A DNA stretch of 63,830 nt, the filler included, from Lama guanicoe (taxonomy: Eukaryota), in NCBI GenBank assembly GCA_013239625.1. It is 211 parts of 211 records of this genome, joined end to end, with 100 filler letters (N's around TTAATTAATTAA, not from the genome) between each part and the next. Parts side by side here need not be neighbours in the genome. Positions count along the whole stretch, not along the records: positions 1 to 203 come from PNXV01031853.1; positions 304 to 506 come from PNXV01031854.1; positions 607 to 809 come from PNXV01031855.1; positions 910 to 1,112 come from PNXV01031856.1; positions 1,213 to 1,415 come from PNXV01031857.1; positions 1,516 to 1,718 come from PNXV01031858.1; positions 1,819 to 2,021 come from PNXV01031859.1; positions 2,122 to 2,324 come from PNXV01031860.1; 203 more parts are not named here. One strand, 5' to 3'. The translations under genes were made by a program, and so were the position numbers. The notes below the pieces were generated by a model. That model was given only the letters and a program-made list of their open reading frames with translations. It did not search any database and was not told the DNA's origin. Shown here piece after piece: positions 1-11,600 of the stretch (position 1 is the first letter of the stretch; every line of letters starts with the position of its first letter).

Positions 1-203
1 TTTGTGTTGCTCCTGCCGAAATCCATCTGCAGCTGACGAAAGAGAAGACAGAGACTGTCGTGTGATGTCTCTCCCCAAAGTCACCATGGGTTTTGGATTT
101 GTTTTGAGTATTTTTTCTTTTCCTTTTTTTTTCTCCTTTATGACCTTTGGGACATTGGGAATACCCAGTGAACTCTCCACCATCAATGTAACTCTACGGA
201 CTT

Positions 204-303
204 NNNNNNNNNNNNNNNNNNNNNNNNNNNNNNNNNNNNNNNNNNNNTTAATTAATTAANNNNNNNNNNNNNNNNNNNNNNNNNNNNNNNNNNNNNNNNN
301 NNN
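204..303. other. Artificial contig-joining linker N44-TTAATTAATTAA-N44 (first of 210 copies, ~303-bp period across the window)
   Basis: Identical 100-bp unit after every 202-203 bp of sequence; the palindromic 12-mer has TAA in all three frames on both strands; 211x203 - 3 + 210x100 = 63830. Confidence 0.99.
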
Positions 304-987
304 CCGAGGACTACATGGAGAGTTGGGGTAAAGATGTTTTCCAGCTTCCAGTAGTCCATGTTTTAACAGCAGTGTTCTGAAAAAATGCGAAGTCTGGCGT
401 GCAGACCCTCCTTGTCTGCCCCAGGGCATATCTCCTTTCTAAGGATGGATATGTGATGCCACGGACCCTTAATGTCCTACATAAGATTATTAAGCTCTGG
501 TGGACCNNNNNNNNNNNNNNNNNNNNNNNNNNNNNNNNNNNNNNNNNNNNTTAATTAATTAANNNNNNNNNNNNNNNNNNNNNNNNNNNNNNNNNNNNNN
601 NNNNNNGCACAGCTGTGCTGCCAGAGGATGTGGACTCCGTTTTGTGTATAACATGAAAACACAAGACTTTGCAGATGAACGTGGTGAATGCAGTAGGAAA
701 CACGGAGGACAACATTTCTGATAGCCTGAGGTTGTGATTCTGGTTGAGTTGAACAATGGAGCAGCTGGAACTTTATCGGGAGATTCTGGGAATAAGAGAC
801 ATGGACTAGNNNNNNNNNNNNNNNNNNNNNNNNNNNNNNNNNNNNNNNNNNNNTTAATTAATTAANNNNNNNNNNNNNNNNNNNNNNNNNNNNNNNNNNN
901 NNNNNNNNNTTTGTTATGGCCAGTATCAGCATTTTAAGAATTAAAATATTTAATGCAACGCTCAATTTTCATGTGATTTCATGACCA

Positions 988-1112
988 TGAGGTGATATCT
1001 CATTGTGGCTTTGATTTGCATGTCCCTCACTAGTAACACTGAGCATTTCCCCACATACTTATAGGCCATTTGTATGTCTTCTTTGGAGAAATGTTTATTC
1101 TAATCTTTAGCC
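988..1112 (-). mobile_element. LINE-1 fragment (3' part of ORF2)
   Basis: TGAGGTGATATCTCATTGTGGCTTTGATTTGCAT...GGCCATTTGTATGTCTTCTTTGGAGAAATGT is typical antisense mammalian L1. Confidence 0.9.
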
Positions 1113-1251
1113 NNNNNNNNNNNNNNNNNNNNNNNNNNNNNNNNNNNNNNNNNNNNTTAATTAATTAANNNNNNNNNNNNNNNNNNNNNNNNNNNNNNNN
1201 NNNNNNNNNNNNAACTGATTAAATAAACTCTAAAATAGTTAATCAACTGAG

Positions 1252-1350
1252 TTTTTATTTTATTTATTTTTTAAATGGAGGTACTGAGGATTGAACCGAG
1301 GACCTTTTGCATGCTAAGCATGTGCTCTACTACTGAGCTATTATCCCCCC
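1252..1350 (-). mobile_element. tRNA-Ala(AGC)-derived SINE, camelid vic-1-like, full length
   Basis: Reverse complement GGGGGGATAATAGCTCAGTAGTAGAGCACATGCTTAGCATGCAAAAGGTCCTCGGTTCAATCCTCAGTACCTCCA plus A-rich tail; A/B boxes; TSD AACTGA(G/A)TTTTT at 1245-1256 and 1351-1362. Confidence 0.9.
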
Positions 1351-3333
1351 AACTGAATTTTTAAACATCACATAGTGGAAAATTCTTTAGCAACATGCTG
1401 TAAAATACTTAAATANNNNNNNNNNNNNNNNNNNNNNNNNNNNNNNNNNNNNNNNNNNNTTAATTAATTAANNNNNNNNNNNNNNNNNNNNNNNNNNNNN
1501 NNNNNNNNNNNNNNNAAAACAAATCCAAAATGAAATGCTCATGTGTTGATTTCTTAAGTTGCAATGGGGAATATACTTGACAAGAAGACCATAATGCTCC
1601 TGGTGGCCATTCTTCCCCTGTGGTAAAGAGTACATGGGAAATAAGTTTATAAACGGGAGGTGGCTGCCAGCCTCACCTTGGAACAGGGTGAAAGTAGGTG
1701 ATTCAACTGGCTGGGCCCNNNNNNNNNNNNNNNNNNNNNNNNNNNNNNNNNNNNNNNNNNNNTTAATTAATTAANNNNNNNNNNNNNNNNNNNNNNNNNN
1801 NNNNNNNNNNNNNNNNNNTCTTCAAAGGAGTAACTATCTCACCTTTCTCTAACACATAGTTCATGCACGTTTGAACACTTTAACCTGGTATGCTCTAGGG
1901 ATTATCTCATAAAATCACTGCCCTAAATTTTGAGCAAGAACATAGAGGCCTAAAACTTTCTGTTGAAGGCTGCAGCTAAACTATACATTTCAAAATGAGA
2001 AGACAATAATTATAAGCTCAGNNNNNNNNNNNNNNNNNNNNNNNNNNNNNNNNNNNNNNNNNNNNTTAATTAATTAANNNNNNNNNNNNNNNNNNNNNNN
2101 NNNNNNNNNNNNNNNNNNNNNATTCTACATTTTGAAATCCCAATCTGTCCCTTCCCACCCCCCACCCCCTAATATTTTTCTTTTACATAAAAAATGCCCA
2201 CAATTTACACTGAGAATGTGTACTTCTTAATTCACAGAAAGAAAACTGAAATATCATACTGATAATTACAATAATTGTGATTTATTTTAACAATCCATAA
2301 AATATACCTTTTGAGATTCAATTTNNNNNNNNNNNNNNNNNNNNNNNNNNNNNNNNNNNNNNNNNNNNTTAATTAATTAANNNNNNNNNNNNNNNNNNNN
2401 NNNNNNNNNNNNNNNNNNNNNNNNAACAGAAACCCAAGTGTAGAGAGATTGGTCGCCCTTCCCCTCGGGCCTCCGGGACCAGCGGCCTGGCTTGTCATGC
2501 TGCGTTTCCCAACTTGACCAAACTTGTTTCAGCCTTCAGAGTCCCCCGCGTCTCTCTGTTATAAACAGGGTTTTCACAAAAACCACCAGTTATTACAAAG
2601 TCTGCATCTTGCTTCACTAAGATCAGGNNNNNNNNNNNNNNNNNNNNNNNNNNNNNNNNNNNNNNNNNNNNTTAATTAATTAANNNNNNNNNNNNNNNNN
2701 NNNNNNNNNNNNNNNNNNNNNNNNNNNAGAAAATGAAACAGAGTTCCAGGGATGATACATATTGTAAGAACTGATACAGGTAAAGAAAAAAAGGACTCAG
2801 AACAGAGAGGATAGAGAATTGCCAAATGACCACAAACTACTGTTTTCAGGGATAGTGAATATAGCACATTGCCCTTTGAAATATCATGCATTAAGACAAG
2901 AGGGCATTTATTATTCTTAATATTATTTAANNNNNNNNNNNNNNNNNNNNNNNNNNNNNNNNNNNNNNNNNNNNTTAATTAATTAANNNNNNNNNNNNNN
3001 NNNNNNNNNNNNNNNNNNNNNNNNNNNNNNTTTTTTTTTCTTTTTTGACTATTTGAGTATTGTTCTCAAGTTAGCAAAATTTCCAGCCCCAAGCAACACC
3101 CACACAGACACACGTATGTAACACAAGTGTGAGAGTGTGTAGTCTAGACAGTGCTTACTGCTCCAAGACACAGTGATTTTGTATATTTCTATTACTCTAT
3201 TGTAAATTCTTAGTTTTTTCTTTTATTGTCAAANNNNNNNNNNNNNNNNNNNNNNNNNNNNNNNNNNNNNNNNNNNNTTAATTAATTAANNNNNNNNNNN
3301 NNNNNNNNNNNNNNNNNNNNNNNNNNNNNNNNN

Positions 3334-3466
3334 TGCAGCAATATGGATGGACCTGAAGATTGTCACTCTAAGTGAAGTGGGCTAGAAAGAGAAAGAAAAA
3401 TGCCATATGACATCATTTATATAAGGAATCTGAAAAATAATAATAATAATGACACAAATGAACTAA
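3334..3466 (+). mobile_element. LINE-1 ORF2 end / 3' UTR fragment
   Basis: GCAGCAATATGGATGGACCTGAAGATTGTCACTCTAAGTGAAGT...GAAAAATGCCATATGACATCA; shares its downstream part with 58780-58982. Confidence 0.9.
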
Positions 3467-3636
3467 TTACTATTTTGATTTCTTGAATAAGCACATTTGA
3501 CTGTCCTTTATGATTGGATTACTGCATTCTGTTAATNNNNNNNNNNNNNNNNNNNNNNNNNNNNNNNNNNNNNNNNNNNNTTAATTAATTAANNNNNNNN
3601 NNNNNNNNNNNNNNNNNNNNNNNNNNNNNNNNNNNN

Positions 3637-3839
3637 GCGGTTTGGGCCAGTGGTCGCAGGGGCCTGGTCTGGTTAGTTGTTTAAGGCTACGGACGCGGAG
3701 GCCTGGTTTGGGGAGCGGTTTCGGCCAGTGGTCGCGTGGGCCTGCATTGGGCCAGTGGTCGCAGGGGCATGGACTGGGGAGCGGTTTGGACCAGTGGTCG
3801 CTGGGGCCTAATCTGGGGAGCGATTTGGGCCAGTGGTCG
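3637..3839. repeat. GC-rich tandem repeat, ~39-bp unit (GGGGAGCGGTTTGGGCCAGTGGTCGCAGGGGCCTGGTCT)
   Basis: Core CCAGTGGTCG at 3647, 3725, 3752, 3791 and 3830 (spacings 78, 27, 39, 39). Confidence 0.9.
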
Positions 3840-4242
3840 NNNNNNNNNNNNNNNNNNNNNNNNNNNNNNNNNNNNNNNNNNNNTTAATTAATTAANNNNN
3901 NNNNNNNNNNNNNNNNNNNNNNNNNNNNNNNNNNNNNNNCCAACTGCCTTCTAGTCACTTCCGTATGGATGTCACACCAGGAAACTCAATATATCCAAAA
4001 CTAACTTTATTATGTTACCTGCCAAACACTTATTTCTTCTATTTCAGTTAGTGGTGTTATCTTTTTGTCTTACTGTCTTTTATTCAGCCAAGGGAGGCAA
4101 TCGGGAGTCATCACTGACTCTTTGCTTTCCTAAATTCAACATNNNNNNNNNNNNNNNNNNNNNNNNNNNNNNNNNNNNNNNNNNNNTTAATTAATTAANN
4201 NNNNNNNNNNNNNNNNNNNNNNNNNNNNNNNNNNNNNNNNNN

Positions 4243-4445
4243 AAGAAATTCTTGCACGTATATTATACAGGAGATGCAGACGAGAGTGCTTATAATAGCT
4301 TTGTTTGTAATAACTAAGAAAGGAAGCAGTCCAAATGTCCACAAATAATAGAGAGGTAATGGTGCTAAGATCGTACACTGGAATCCCATAGAGCAGAGAA
4401 AATGAACAACCTACCAGTACACACATAAACATGGACGGATTTTAA
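4243..4445 (+). mobile_element. Old LINE-1 (L1M-type) 3' region fragment
   Basis: AGAAATTCTTGCACGT...ATAGCTTTGTTTGTAATA...CCAAATGTCCA...AAAATGAAC...AACATGGA. Confidence 0.7.
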
Positions 4446-5454
4446 NNNNNNNNNNNNNNNNNNNNNNNNNNNNNNNNNNNNNNNNNNNNTTAATTAATTA
4501 ANNNNNNNNNNNNNNNNNNNNNNNNNNNNNNNNNNNNNNNNNNNNTAGGTGAATTAGCAGCTTTAACTTTCATGTTCTTTGAACATCTCTGTGCAACTCC
4601 CCATGGCTTTCTAATCGGTCCGTATATTATGTCCCATCACAAGTGGAACTGCCAGAAGACATTTATGCTCGGGGCAGAGGCTGAGTCTTCTAATCACAAC
4701 TCCCTTCTTTCTTCAGTGAGATCCTCTTCTTCTGGAAGCTGGTTTCACNNNNNNNNNNNNNNNNNNNNNNNNNNNNNNNNNNNNNNNNNNNNTTAATTAA
4801 TTAANNNNNNNNNNNNNNNNNNNNNNNNNNNNNNNNNNNNNNNNNNNNTGTCCCAGGCCACATCCACTTGACCCAGGGATCCCCTCCCGCCTTCCAGATA
4901 CTGGGACCATCCTCGCCTGGTTTCTCCTGAGCAGGTTGGTGAGGGAGGGGCTCAGCAGTGGACTTGGCTGTGGAAGGTCTGAGGGGCCCACTAGACCCTG
5001 AGTGGAGATTTTGAGTAGGACGCTGGACATTCAAGTCCAGAGCTGGGGTGANNNNNNNNNNNNNNNNNNNNNNNNNNNNNNNNNNNNNNNNNNNNTTAAT
5101 TAATTAANNNNNNNNNNNNNNNNNNNNNNNNNNNNNNNNNNNNNNNNNNNNACCATCAGGAAACATTAACACAGTCTACTCTTACAAATAAAGGAGAAAC
5201 AATTGTTTCAATACATATTTTGGGGTTTTTTTTGTTTCAATGTTGGCGCCAAGTATTTTCAAGGTGAAAAAGCTAACTTAAAAATTACAGTGGGATTATA
5301 TTAATAAAATTTAAAATTGGGTTACATAATTCAAAATTTAAAAATTTTGAATGANNNNNNNNNNNNNNNNNNNNNNNNNNNNNNNNNNNNNNNNNNNNTT
5401 AATTAATTAANNNNNNNNNNNNNNNNNNNNNNNNNNNNNNNNNNNNNNNNNNNN

Positions 5455-5635
5455 TCCAAGGAAGATGTACAGATGGCCAACAGGTCCAGGAAAAGATGCT
5501 AAACGTCACTGATAACAAGTGAGCTGCCAACCAAAACCACCCTGAGATACCACCTCACACATGTTAGAATGTCTTCTTCATCAAGACAAGAGATGGCAGG
5601 TGGTGGCAAGGAAGTGGAGAAAACAGACCCTCTTG
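5455..5635 (+). mobile_element. LINE-1 ORF2 3' fragment
   Basis: TCCAAGGAAGATGTACAGATGGCCAACAGG...GAAAAGATGCT...TGAGATACCACCTCACAC. Confidence 0.85.
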
Positions 5636-7319
5636 TATCTGGCGATTACCTAGAATTNNNNNNNNNNNNNNNNNNNNNNNNNNNNNNNNNNNNNNNNNNN
5701 NTTAATTAATTAANNNNNNNNNNNNNNNNNNNNNNNNNNNNNNNNNNNNNNNNNNNNCAGTGTCTTCACTTGTGTAATGTGGGTAATGATGGTATTTCCT
5801 TAACGAGTATTTTATTGTGGAGAAAAAAATTAAATAATACATGCAGGATACTTAGCATTAAATTCATTAAATATTAACTAATGCTGTTTTTTTCGAATAG
5901 GCCTACAATTTTGTTTATAGTTCTCTCTCTCCTAATAGACTCTGAACTCCTTAGAGCAGANNNNNNNNNNNNNNNNNNNNNNNNNNNNNNNNNNNNNNNN
6001 NNNNTTAATTAATTAANNNNNNNNNNNNNNNNNNNNNNNNNNNNNNNNNNNNNNNNNNNNTCTTGGAATCCTTTGTTCTTGCAGCTGTCCACATGAGTCA
6101 GCTCATGGTGTCCCTGAAAACCTCCAACAAAACAAGTGTTATTTTTTCATTGTGCAACTTGTTATCTTTGTATAAGTACAAAAGTGTTACTATCCTTAAA
6201 GATCAGAGCCTTGAGAATAGGCTCTCTTGTAGATTTCAAGCTAAAGGTAACTTTTTTTTTTTTNNNNNNNNNNNNNNNNNNNNNNNNNNNNNNNNNNNNN
6301 NNNNNNNTTAATTAATTAANNNNNNNNNNNNNNNNNNNNNNNNNNNNNNNNNNNNNNNNNNNNCACAGTAGGTCCCTGGGTGTGGGAGAGCTGTCCTCAT
6401 GTGAAGGAAAAGCCCAGCTGCTTTAACAAGCTAAGTCACAAATCTAAGTGTGATACGTGTCGGTTTCCTGATATAAGTTCTGCTGGGCTAACTCATAAAT
6501 CTGAAGTTTAGTGTCAATTTACTGGACTAACAAGCTAACTCGTAAATCCAAGCTCAACAAGTGTCANNNNNNNNNNNNNNNNNNNNNNNNNNNNNNNNNN
6601 NNNNNNNNNNTTAATTAATTAANNNNNNNNNNNNNNNNNNNNNNNNNNNNNNNNNNNNNNNNNNNNGAGAACACGGCATGGTCCTGGAGGTAAAATGCAT
6701 GAAAAAGAGCAGGGGCCTCTCTGACTGGCCCCCTGCAGCTGTCACACTCAGACTTCCCCACGCTGAGCCTCCCGCTGGTCCCAGGGAGATTTGAAATCTG
6801 CCTGCCTCCGGGGTTCTTACAGCAGCGGGTTCTGCCCTGGGAGCTGTGACTCTCCAAGCCTGCCCGGCTNNNNNNNNNNNNNNNNNNNNNNNNNNNNNNN
6901 NNNNNNNNNNNNNTTAATTAATTAANNNNNNNNNNNNNNNNNNNNNNNNNNNNNNNNNNNNNNNNNNNNTGATTAAGGCATGACTAAAGCTCATGAACTG
7001 GCAAATCATTGCTCAAAACATGTAGACACCCTGTCAAGATTAGTAAAAAATGCTATTGCAAAAGTAATTCAGCAAAGATAGATCAGAATGCATGTTCACA
7101 TAACAAACTGATCGAGAAAGGAGGGAGTAATTCTGCAGCATCCATTGCCTCTGGCCTTGGGGAAACAGACATNNNNNNNNNNNNNNNNNNNNNNNNNNNN
7201 NNNNNNNNNNNNNNNNTTAATTAATTAANNNNNNNNNNNNNNNNNNNNNNNNNNNNNNNNNNNNNNNNNNNNCTTTTCAGTAGCCACTGTTGCCAACAAG
7301 CATCTCCCAGAAGAAACAG

Positions 7320-7465
7320 GGACGTTTCTGGAGGTGATGTACGTTTAGCTCCTTGACTGTGGCGAGGGTACCATAGGAGTATGAATGTCTGTCCAAACTC
7401 ATGAAAATGTGCACATTAAACATGTAAACGTTTTTTGTACGTCAATTATACCTCAATAAAAATGA
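7320..7465 (+). mobile_element. Old LINE-1 3' end
   Basis: TTCTGGAGGTGATG...TCCTTGACTGTGG...GTCCAAACTCAT...TCAATTATACCTCAATAAA. Confidence 0.75.
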
Positions 7466-8181
7466 AAACAGTGTCNNNNNNNNNNNNNNNNNNNNNNNNN
7501 NNNNNNNNNNNNNNNNNNNTTAATTAATTAANNNNNNNNNNNNNNNNNNNNNNNNNNNNNNNNNNNNNNNNNNNNGCCTCTAAGAGAGAGAACAGAATTC
7601 AGCTGTGGGAAGCAGGAGGGAAGTGTCTCGTGACAGAAGTCATAAAACCACCTTGTGGGCCAGTGGTCTGTCTGCCTCCTGTGGGCCTCGCTGAGTTGCC
7701 CAAGACGAGGAGTCCCAGCGGCCGCGTCACCCTGCCACGTGCTCACCCTCTCCTTTGTCTCCACAGGGACCTACCAGGNNNNNNNNNNNNNNNNNNNNNN
7801 NNNNNNNNNNNNNNNNNNNNNNTTAATTAATTAANNNNNNNNNNNNNNNNNNNNNNNNNNNNNNNNNNNNNNNNNNNNTATCAGAAATTCAATAATCAAA
7901 AATATATTTTCTGTAAAAGAGAGCTCCCATTTCATACAGAGTTAATCTTCAGTGATTGTAATTTCTTTTTTTTCCTACGGGAAGCAAAATAAAATGGCTA
8001 AGACATTATAGAAAATTTTACAGTGAAAAAGTTTTTTTTTGTCTTCTGTAATTATAAATATTACTATGTGTATCTGCACACNNNNNNNNNNNNNNNNNNN
8101 NNNNNNNNNNNNNNNNNNNNNNNNNTTAATTAATTAANNNNNNNNNNNNNNNNNNNNNNNNNNNNNNNNNNNNNNNNNNNN

Positions 8182-8384
8182 TTCCCTGTGCTATATACAG
8201 TATGAAGTTGTTGTTTATCTAATTTACATGTATTAGTCTCTGCAAATCTTTTTTTTTATTGAGTTATAGTCAGTTCACAATGTTGTGTCAATTTCTAGTG
8301 TAGAGCATAATTTTTCAGTTATACACGAACATACTTATATTCACTGTCACATTGTTTTTTGCTGTGAGCTACCACAAGATCTTG
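8182..8384 (-). mobile_element. Two LINE-1 3' UTR pieces; a poly-T-headed L1 3' end (from ~8248) interrupts another L1 3' UTR
   Basis: TTCCCTGTGCTATATACAG...TTGTTTATCT, then T-run + ATTGAGTTATAGTCAGTT; the same terminus recurs at 22894-22927. Confidence 0.75.
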
Positions 8385-8484
8385 NNNNNNNNNNNNNNNN
8401 NNNNNNNNNNNNNNNNNNNNNNNNNNNNTTAATTAATTAANNNNNNNNNNNNNNNNNNNNNNNNNNNNNNNNNNNNNNNNNNNN

Positions 8485-8687
8485 ACCCAGAGTAGAACTT
8501 CTTTCAGAATTGGAGTCAATCCTCTCAAACCCTGCTGGTACTTTATCAACTAAGTTTATGCAATATTCTAAATCCTCTGTTGTCGTTTCAACAGCCTTTA
8601 TAGCATCTTCACCAGGAGTAGTTTCCATCTCAAGAAGCCAATTTCTTTGCTCATCCAGAAGAAGCAACTCCTCATCCATGAAAGTTT
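8485..8687 (-). mobile_element. Tigger1 (TcMar-Tigger) transposase C-terminal fragment
   Basis: Translates DEELLLLDEQRNWLLEMETTPGEDAIKAVETTTEDLEYCINLVDKVPAGFERIDSNSERSSTLG, matching the Tigger1/TIGD1 C-terminus. Confidence 0.92.
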
Positions 8688-9090
8688 NNNNNNNNNNNNN
8701 NNNNNNNNNNNNNNNNNNNNNNNNNNNNNNNTTAATTAATTAANNNNNNNNNNNNNNNNNNNNNNNNNNNNNNNNNNNNNNNNNNNNTTTCTTTCTAGAA
8801 ATCTAAACTAAGGAAATAGTCTCAAACAAAAAAAAATCAAAAAAGATATATTATTTCAATGTCAAAAGTAGAGAAACATAAATGTAAAAAAATTACAAGA
8901 ATGATCAAAAAGGAGTATTATTTTGTCATTAAATAAGATACTGATACTTTTTAAAAAATCATATGGAAATGCTACATTTTACTTTTCAAGNNNNNNNNNN
9001 NNNNNNNNNNNNNNNNNNNNNNNNNNNNNNNNNNTTAATTAATTAANNNNNNNNNNNNNNNNNNNNNNNNNNNNNNNNNNNNNNNNNNNN

Positions 9091-9293
9091 ATGGTTGGAA
9101 GGAGAGGGAAGGAGGTAGGAAGGGATAAATTGGAAGTTCGAGATTTGCAGATACCAACTATTATATATATAAAATAGATAACCAACAAGGTTCTATTGTA
9201 TAGCACAGAGAACTGTATTATGTACCTATATGTGTGTATGTGTGTGTGTGTATATACACACACACATAAGCTGAATCATTATGATATTCACCA
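9091..9293 (+). mobile_element. LINE-1 3' UTR fragment with internal (TG)n
   Basis: AGGGATAAATTGGAAGTTCGAGATTTGCAGATACCAACTA...CTATTGTATAGCACAGAGAACT; homologous to 58905-58982. Confidence 0.85.
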
Positions 9294-10302
9294 NNNNNNN
9301 NNNNNNNNNNNNNNNNNNNNNNNNNNNNNNNNNNNNNTTAATTAATTAANNNNNNNNNNNNNNNNNNNNNNNNNNNNNNNNNNNNNNNNNNNNCCTGAAA
9401 CCAATATAATATTGTACATCAACTATACTTCAATGAAAAAAAAATTTTAAGAGTGAATATTAAAGCAGCTCAGATTCTTAGGTACATTGAGACAATATAG
9501 CATTCATCGCTCTTCAAAGCGGTCCTTTCTGTCCCTTTTTTTCCACTTCTTCAGACGTTTATTCTCTGCTCCCCCCTTTCCCCTCATTTCTCTTGTNNNN
9601 NNNNNNNNNNNNNNNNNNNNNNNNNNNNNNNNNNNNNNNNTTAATTAATTAANNNNNNNNNNNNNNNNNNNNNNNNNNNNNNNNNNNNNNNNNNNNGAAT
9701 CCCCCCTTTCTCCTGAATGGAACCTTCCTTCACCTTTGAATGTGTACTAGTTCTCCCTGGGTGACCCTGACTCCCCACCAGGGCATCACCCCGAGGCTGG
9801 CAGACGGTTCTGTCTCTTCCTTTTCCTTGTCTCCCATGCCGGCTGTCTGTCTCCCTCTTCCCTTGAAAACCCCTTCAGCGGACCACTCCCCCTGCAGCCN
9901 NNNNNNNNNNNNNNNNNNNNNNNNNNNNNNNNNNNNNNNNNNNTTAATTAATTAANNNNNNNNNNNNNNNNNNNNNNNNNNNNNNNNNNNNNNNNNNNNT
10001 AGGGGTGCAGTTAGAAGCCTTTAACTGCCAAGTAGAAATTTCATGATGGTCTGTATTTGAATGTGTAATTTCATTAGTGATGCATTCTTTATCTCTTTTT
10101 TCTTTTTCTTTCTTTTCTGCTGTTTGCAGTAACTATTTCAGAGTTCAAATCGCAAGTCTTGTTTTGAAGATTTTATAAAAAATAAAGTTGCCTGATTTAA
10201 TTNNNNNNNNNNNNNNNNNNNNNNNNNNNNNNNNNNNNNNNNNNNNTTAATTAATTAANNNNNNNNNNNNNNNNNNNNNNNNNNNNNNNNNNNNNNNNNN
10301 NN

Positions 10303-10504
10303 TGGTTTCTACATTCTCTATTCTATATTCTATATTGTGTGTTTTTCATTCGATATTTTACATACAATATTTTGCATGCCGTATACTATATTCTATATTC
10401 TGAGTTCTACATAATATATTCTAAATTCTATATTCAGCATTCCGTATTCTATATCCTAAATTCTCTGTTCTGCATTCCATGTTCTAAATTCTGGTTTCTA
10501 TATC
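10303..10504. repeat. Degenerate 7-bp tandem repeat (TATTCTA)n
   Basis: TTCTACA/TTCTCTA/TTCTATA/TTCTAAA units recur throughout the contig. Confidence 0.85.
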
Positions 10505-10667
10505 NNNNNNNNNNNNNNNNNNNNNNNNNNNNNNNNNNNNNNNNNNNNTTAATTAATTAANNNNNNNNNNNNNNNNNNNNNNNNNNNNNNNNNNNNNNNN
10601 NNNNCAATATATAATTTTATGGTTGGTTCTCTATTTTTTAAAATTTTTTATTTAGGTATAATTGACA

Positions 10668-10807
10668 TAATCATCAGAGAAATGCAAAAAACCACAGTGA
10701 AATATCACATCATACTTGTCAGAAAAACTGTCATCAAAAAGACTACAAATAAAAATGTTGGTGAGGATGAGGAGAAAAGAAAACCTCAGCACACTGTTGC
10801 TGGGACT
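10668..10807 (+). mobile_element. LINE-1 ORF2 3' fragment
   Basis: AATCATCAGAGAAATGCAAAAAACCACAGTGAAATATCAC...TGTTGGTGAGGATGAGGAGAAAAG. Confidence 0.85.
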
Positions 10808-11513
10808 NNNNNNNNNNNNNNNNNNNNNNNNNNNNNNNNNNNNNNNNNNNNTTAATTAATTAANNNNNNNNNNNNNNNNNNNNNNNNNNNNNNNNNNNNN
10901 NNNNNNNAAATTTCGTATTTTCATCTTCAGACATCAGCTGGACACATCTAATGGCCGGTATGCAAAACAGAACATTCTTCCCTTTTTCCCTCTGCTCTCA
11001 TGTGTTACCTCTCTCAGTGGCATTACCAATTTCTCTGTCAGGTGTAAAACATTCACGTCACCTTCAATTTCACTCTCTTGAACATTACCTTCTATGATGA
11101 TTGGTTTCTTNNNNNNNNNNNNNNNNNNNNNNNNNNNNNNNNNNNNNNNNNNNNTTAATTAATTAANNNNNNNNNNNNNNNNNNNNNNNNNNNNNNNNNN
11201 NNNNNNNNNNTTTATACTTTTTAGTAAAACAAAACATACACATTACATGGACCTACTTATATTTTATCCGGGTGATATCAATATAATATTAAGAAAATAC
11301 AACTGAAATGTGATATCAGAAAATAGGATTTATACTTATAATTTACCTGTCATATCTTATGATACATATCAAGTATTTGCTTGCTAGATATAATTATAAT
11401 GTTTGAAGGCAAANNNNNNNNNNNNNNNNNNNNNNNNNNNNNNNNNNNNNNNNNNNNTTAATTAATTAANNNNNNNNNNNNNNNNNNNNNNNNNNNNNNN
11501 NNNNNNNNNNNNN

Positions 11514-11600
11514 ACCTACCTCACCAGGCTCTTGTGATGGTTAAATAAGATAATGTATGTCAGATGTTTAGTAGGGTACCTGGTAGGGAGTAAGAACTTA
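11514..11600 (+). mobile_element. MIR SINE 3' fragment
   Basis: ACCTACCTCACCAGGCTCTTGTGATGGTTAAATAAGATAATGTATGT resembles the MIR core/tail. Confidence 0.75.

Noticed and set aside
1..203. Possible last coding exon and 3' UTR (FVLLLPKSICS*)
   Set aside because: Too short, and I do not recognise the peptide.
1252..1350. Genuine tRNA-Ala gene
   Set aside because: The A-rich tail, TSDs, stem-disrupting changes and multiple diverged copies indicate a SINE.
7741..7778. Splice acceptor (pyrimidine tract + CACAG at 7762-7766) and start of an exon
   Set aside because: Plausible, but only 12 exonic bases are visible and no gene can be assigned.
8485..8687. Domesticated TIGD1 gene
   Set aside because: It has many substitutions relative to the recalled Tigger1/TIGD1 sequence and only 203 bp are visible; an ordinary Tigger1 copy is more parsimonious.
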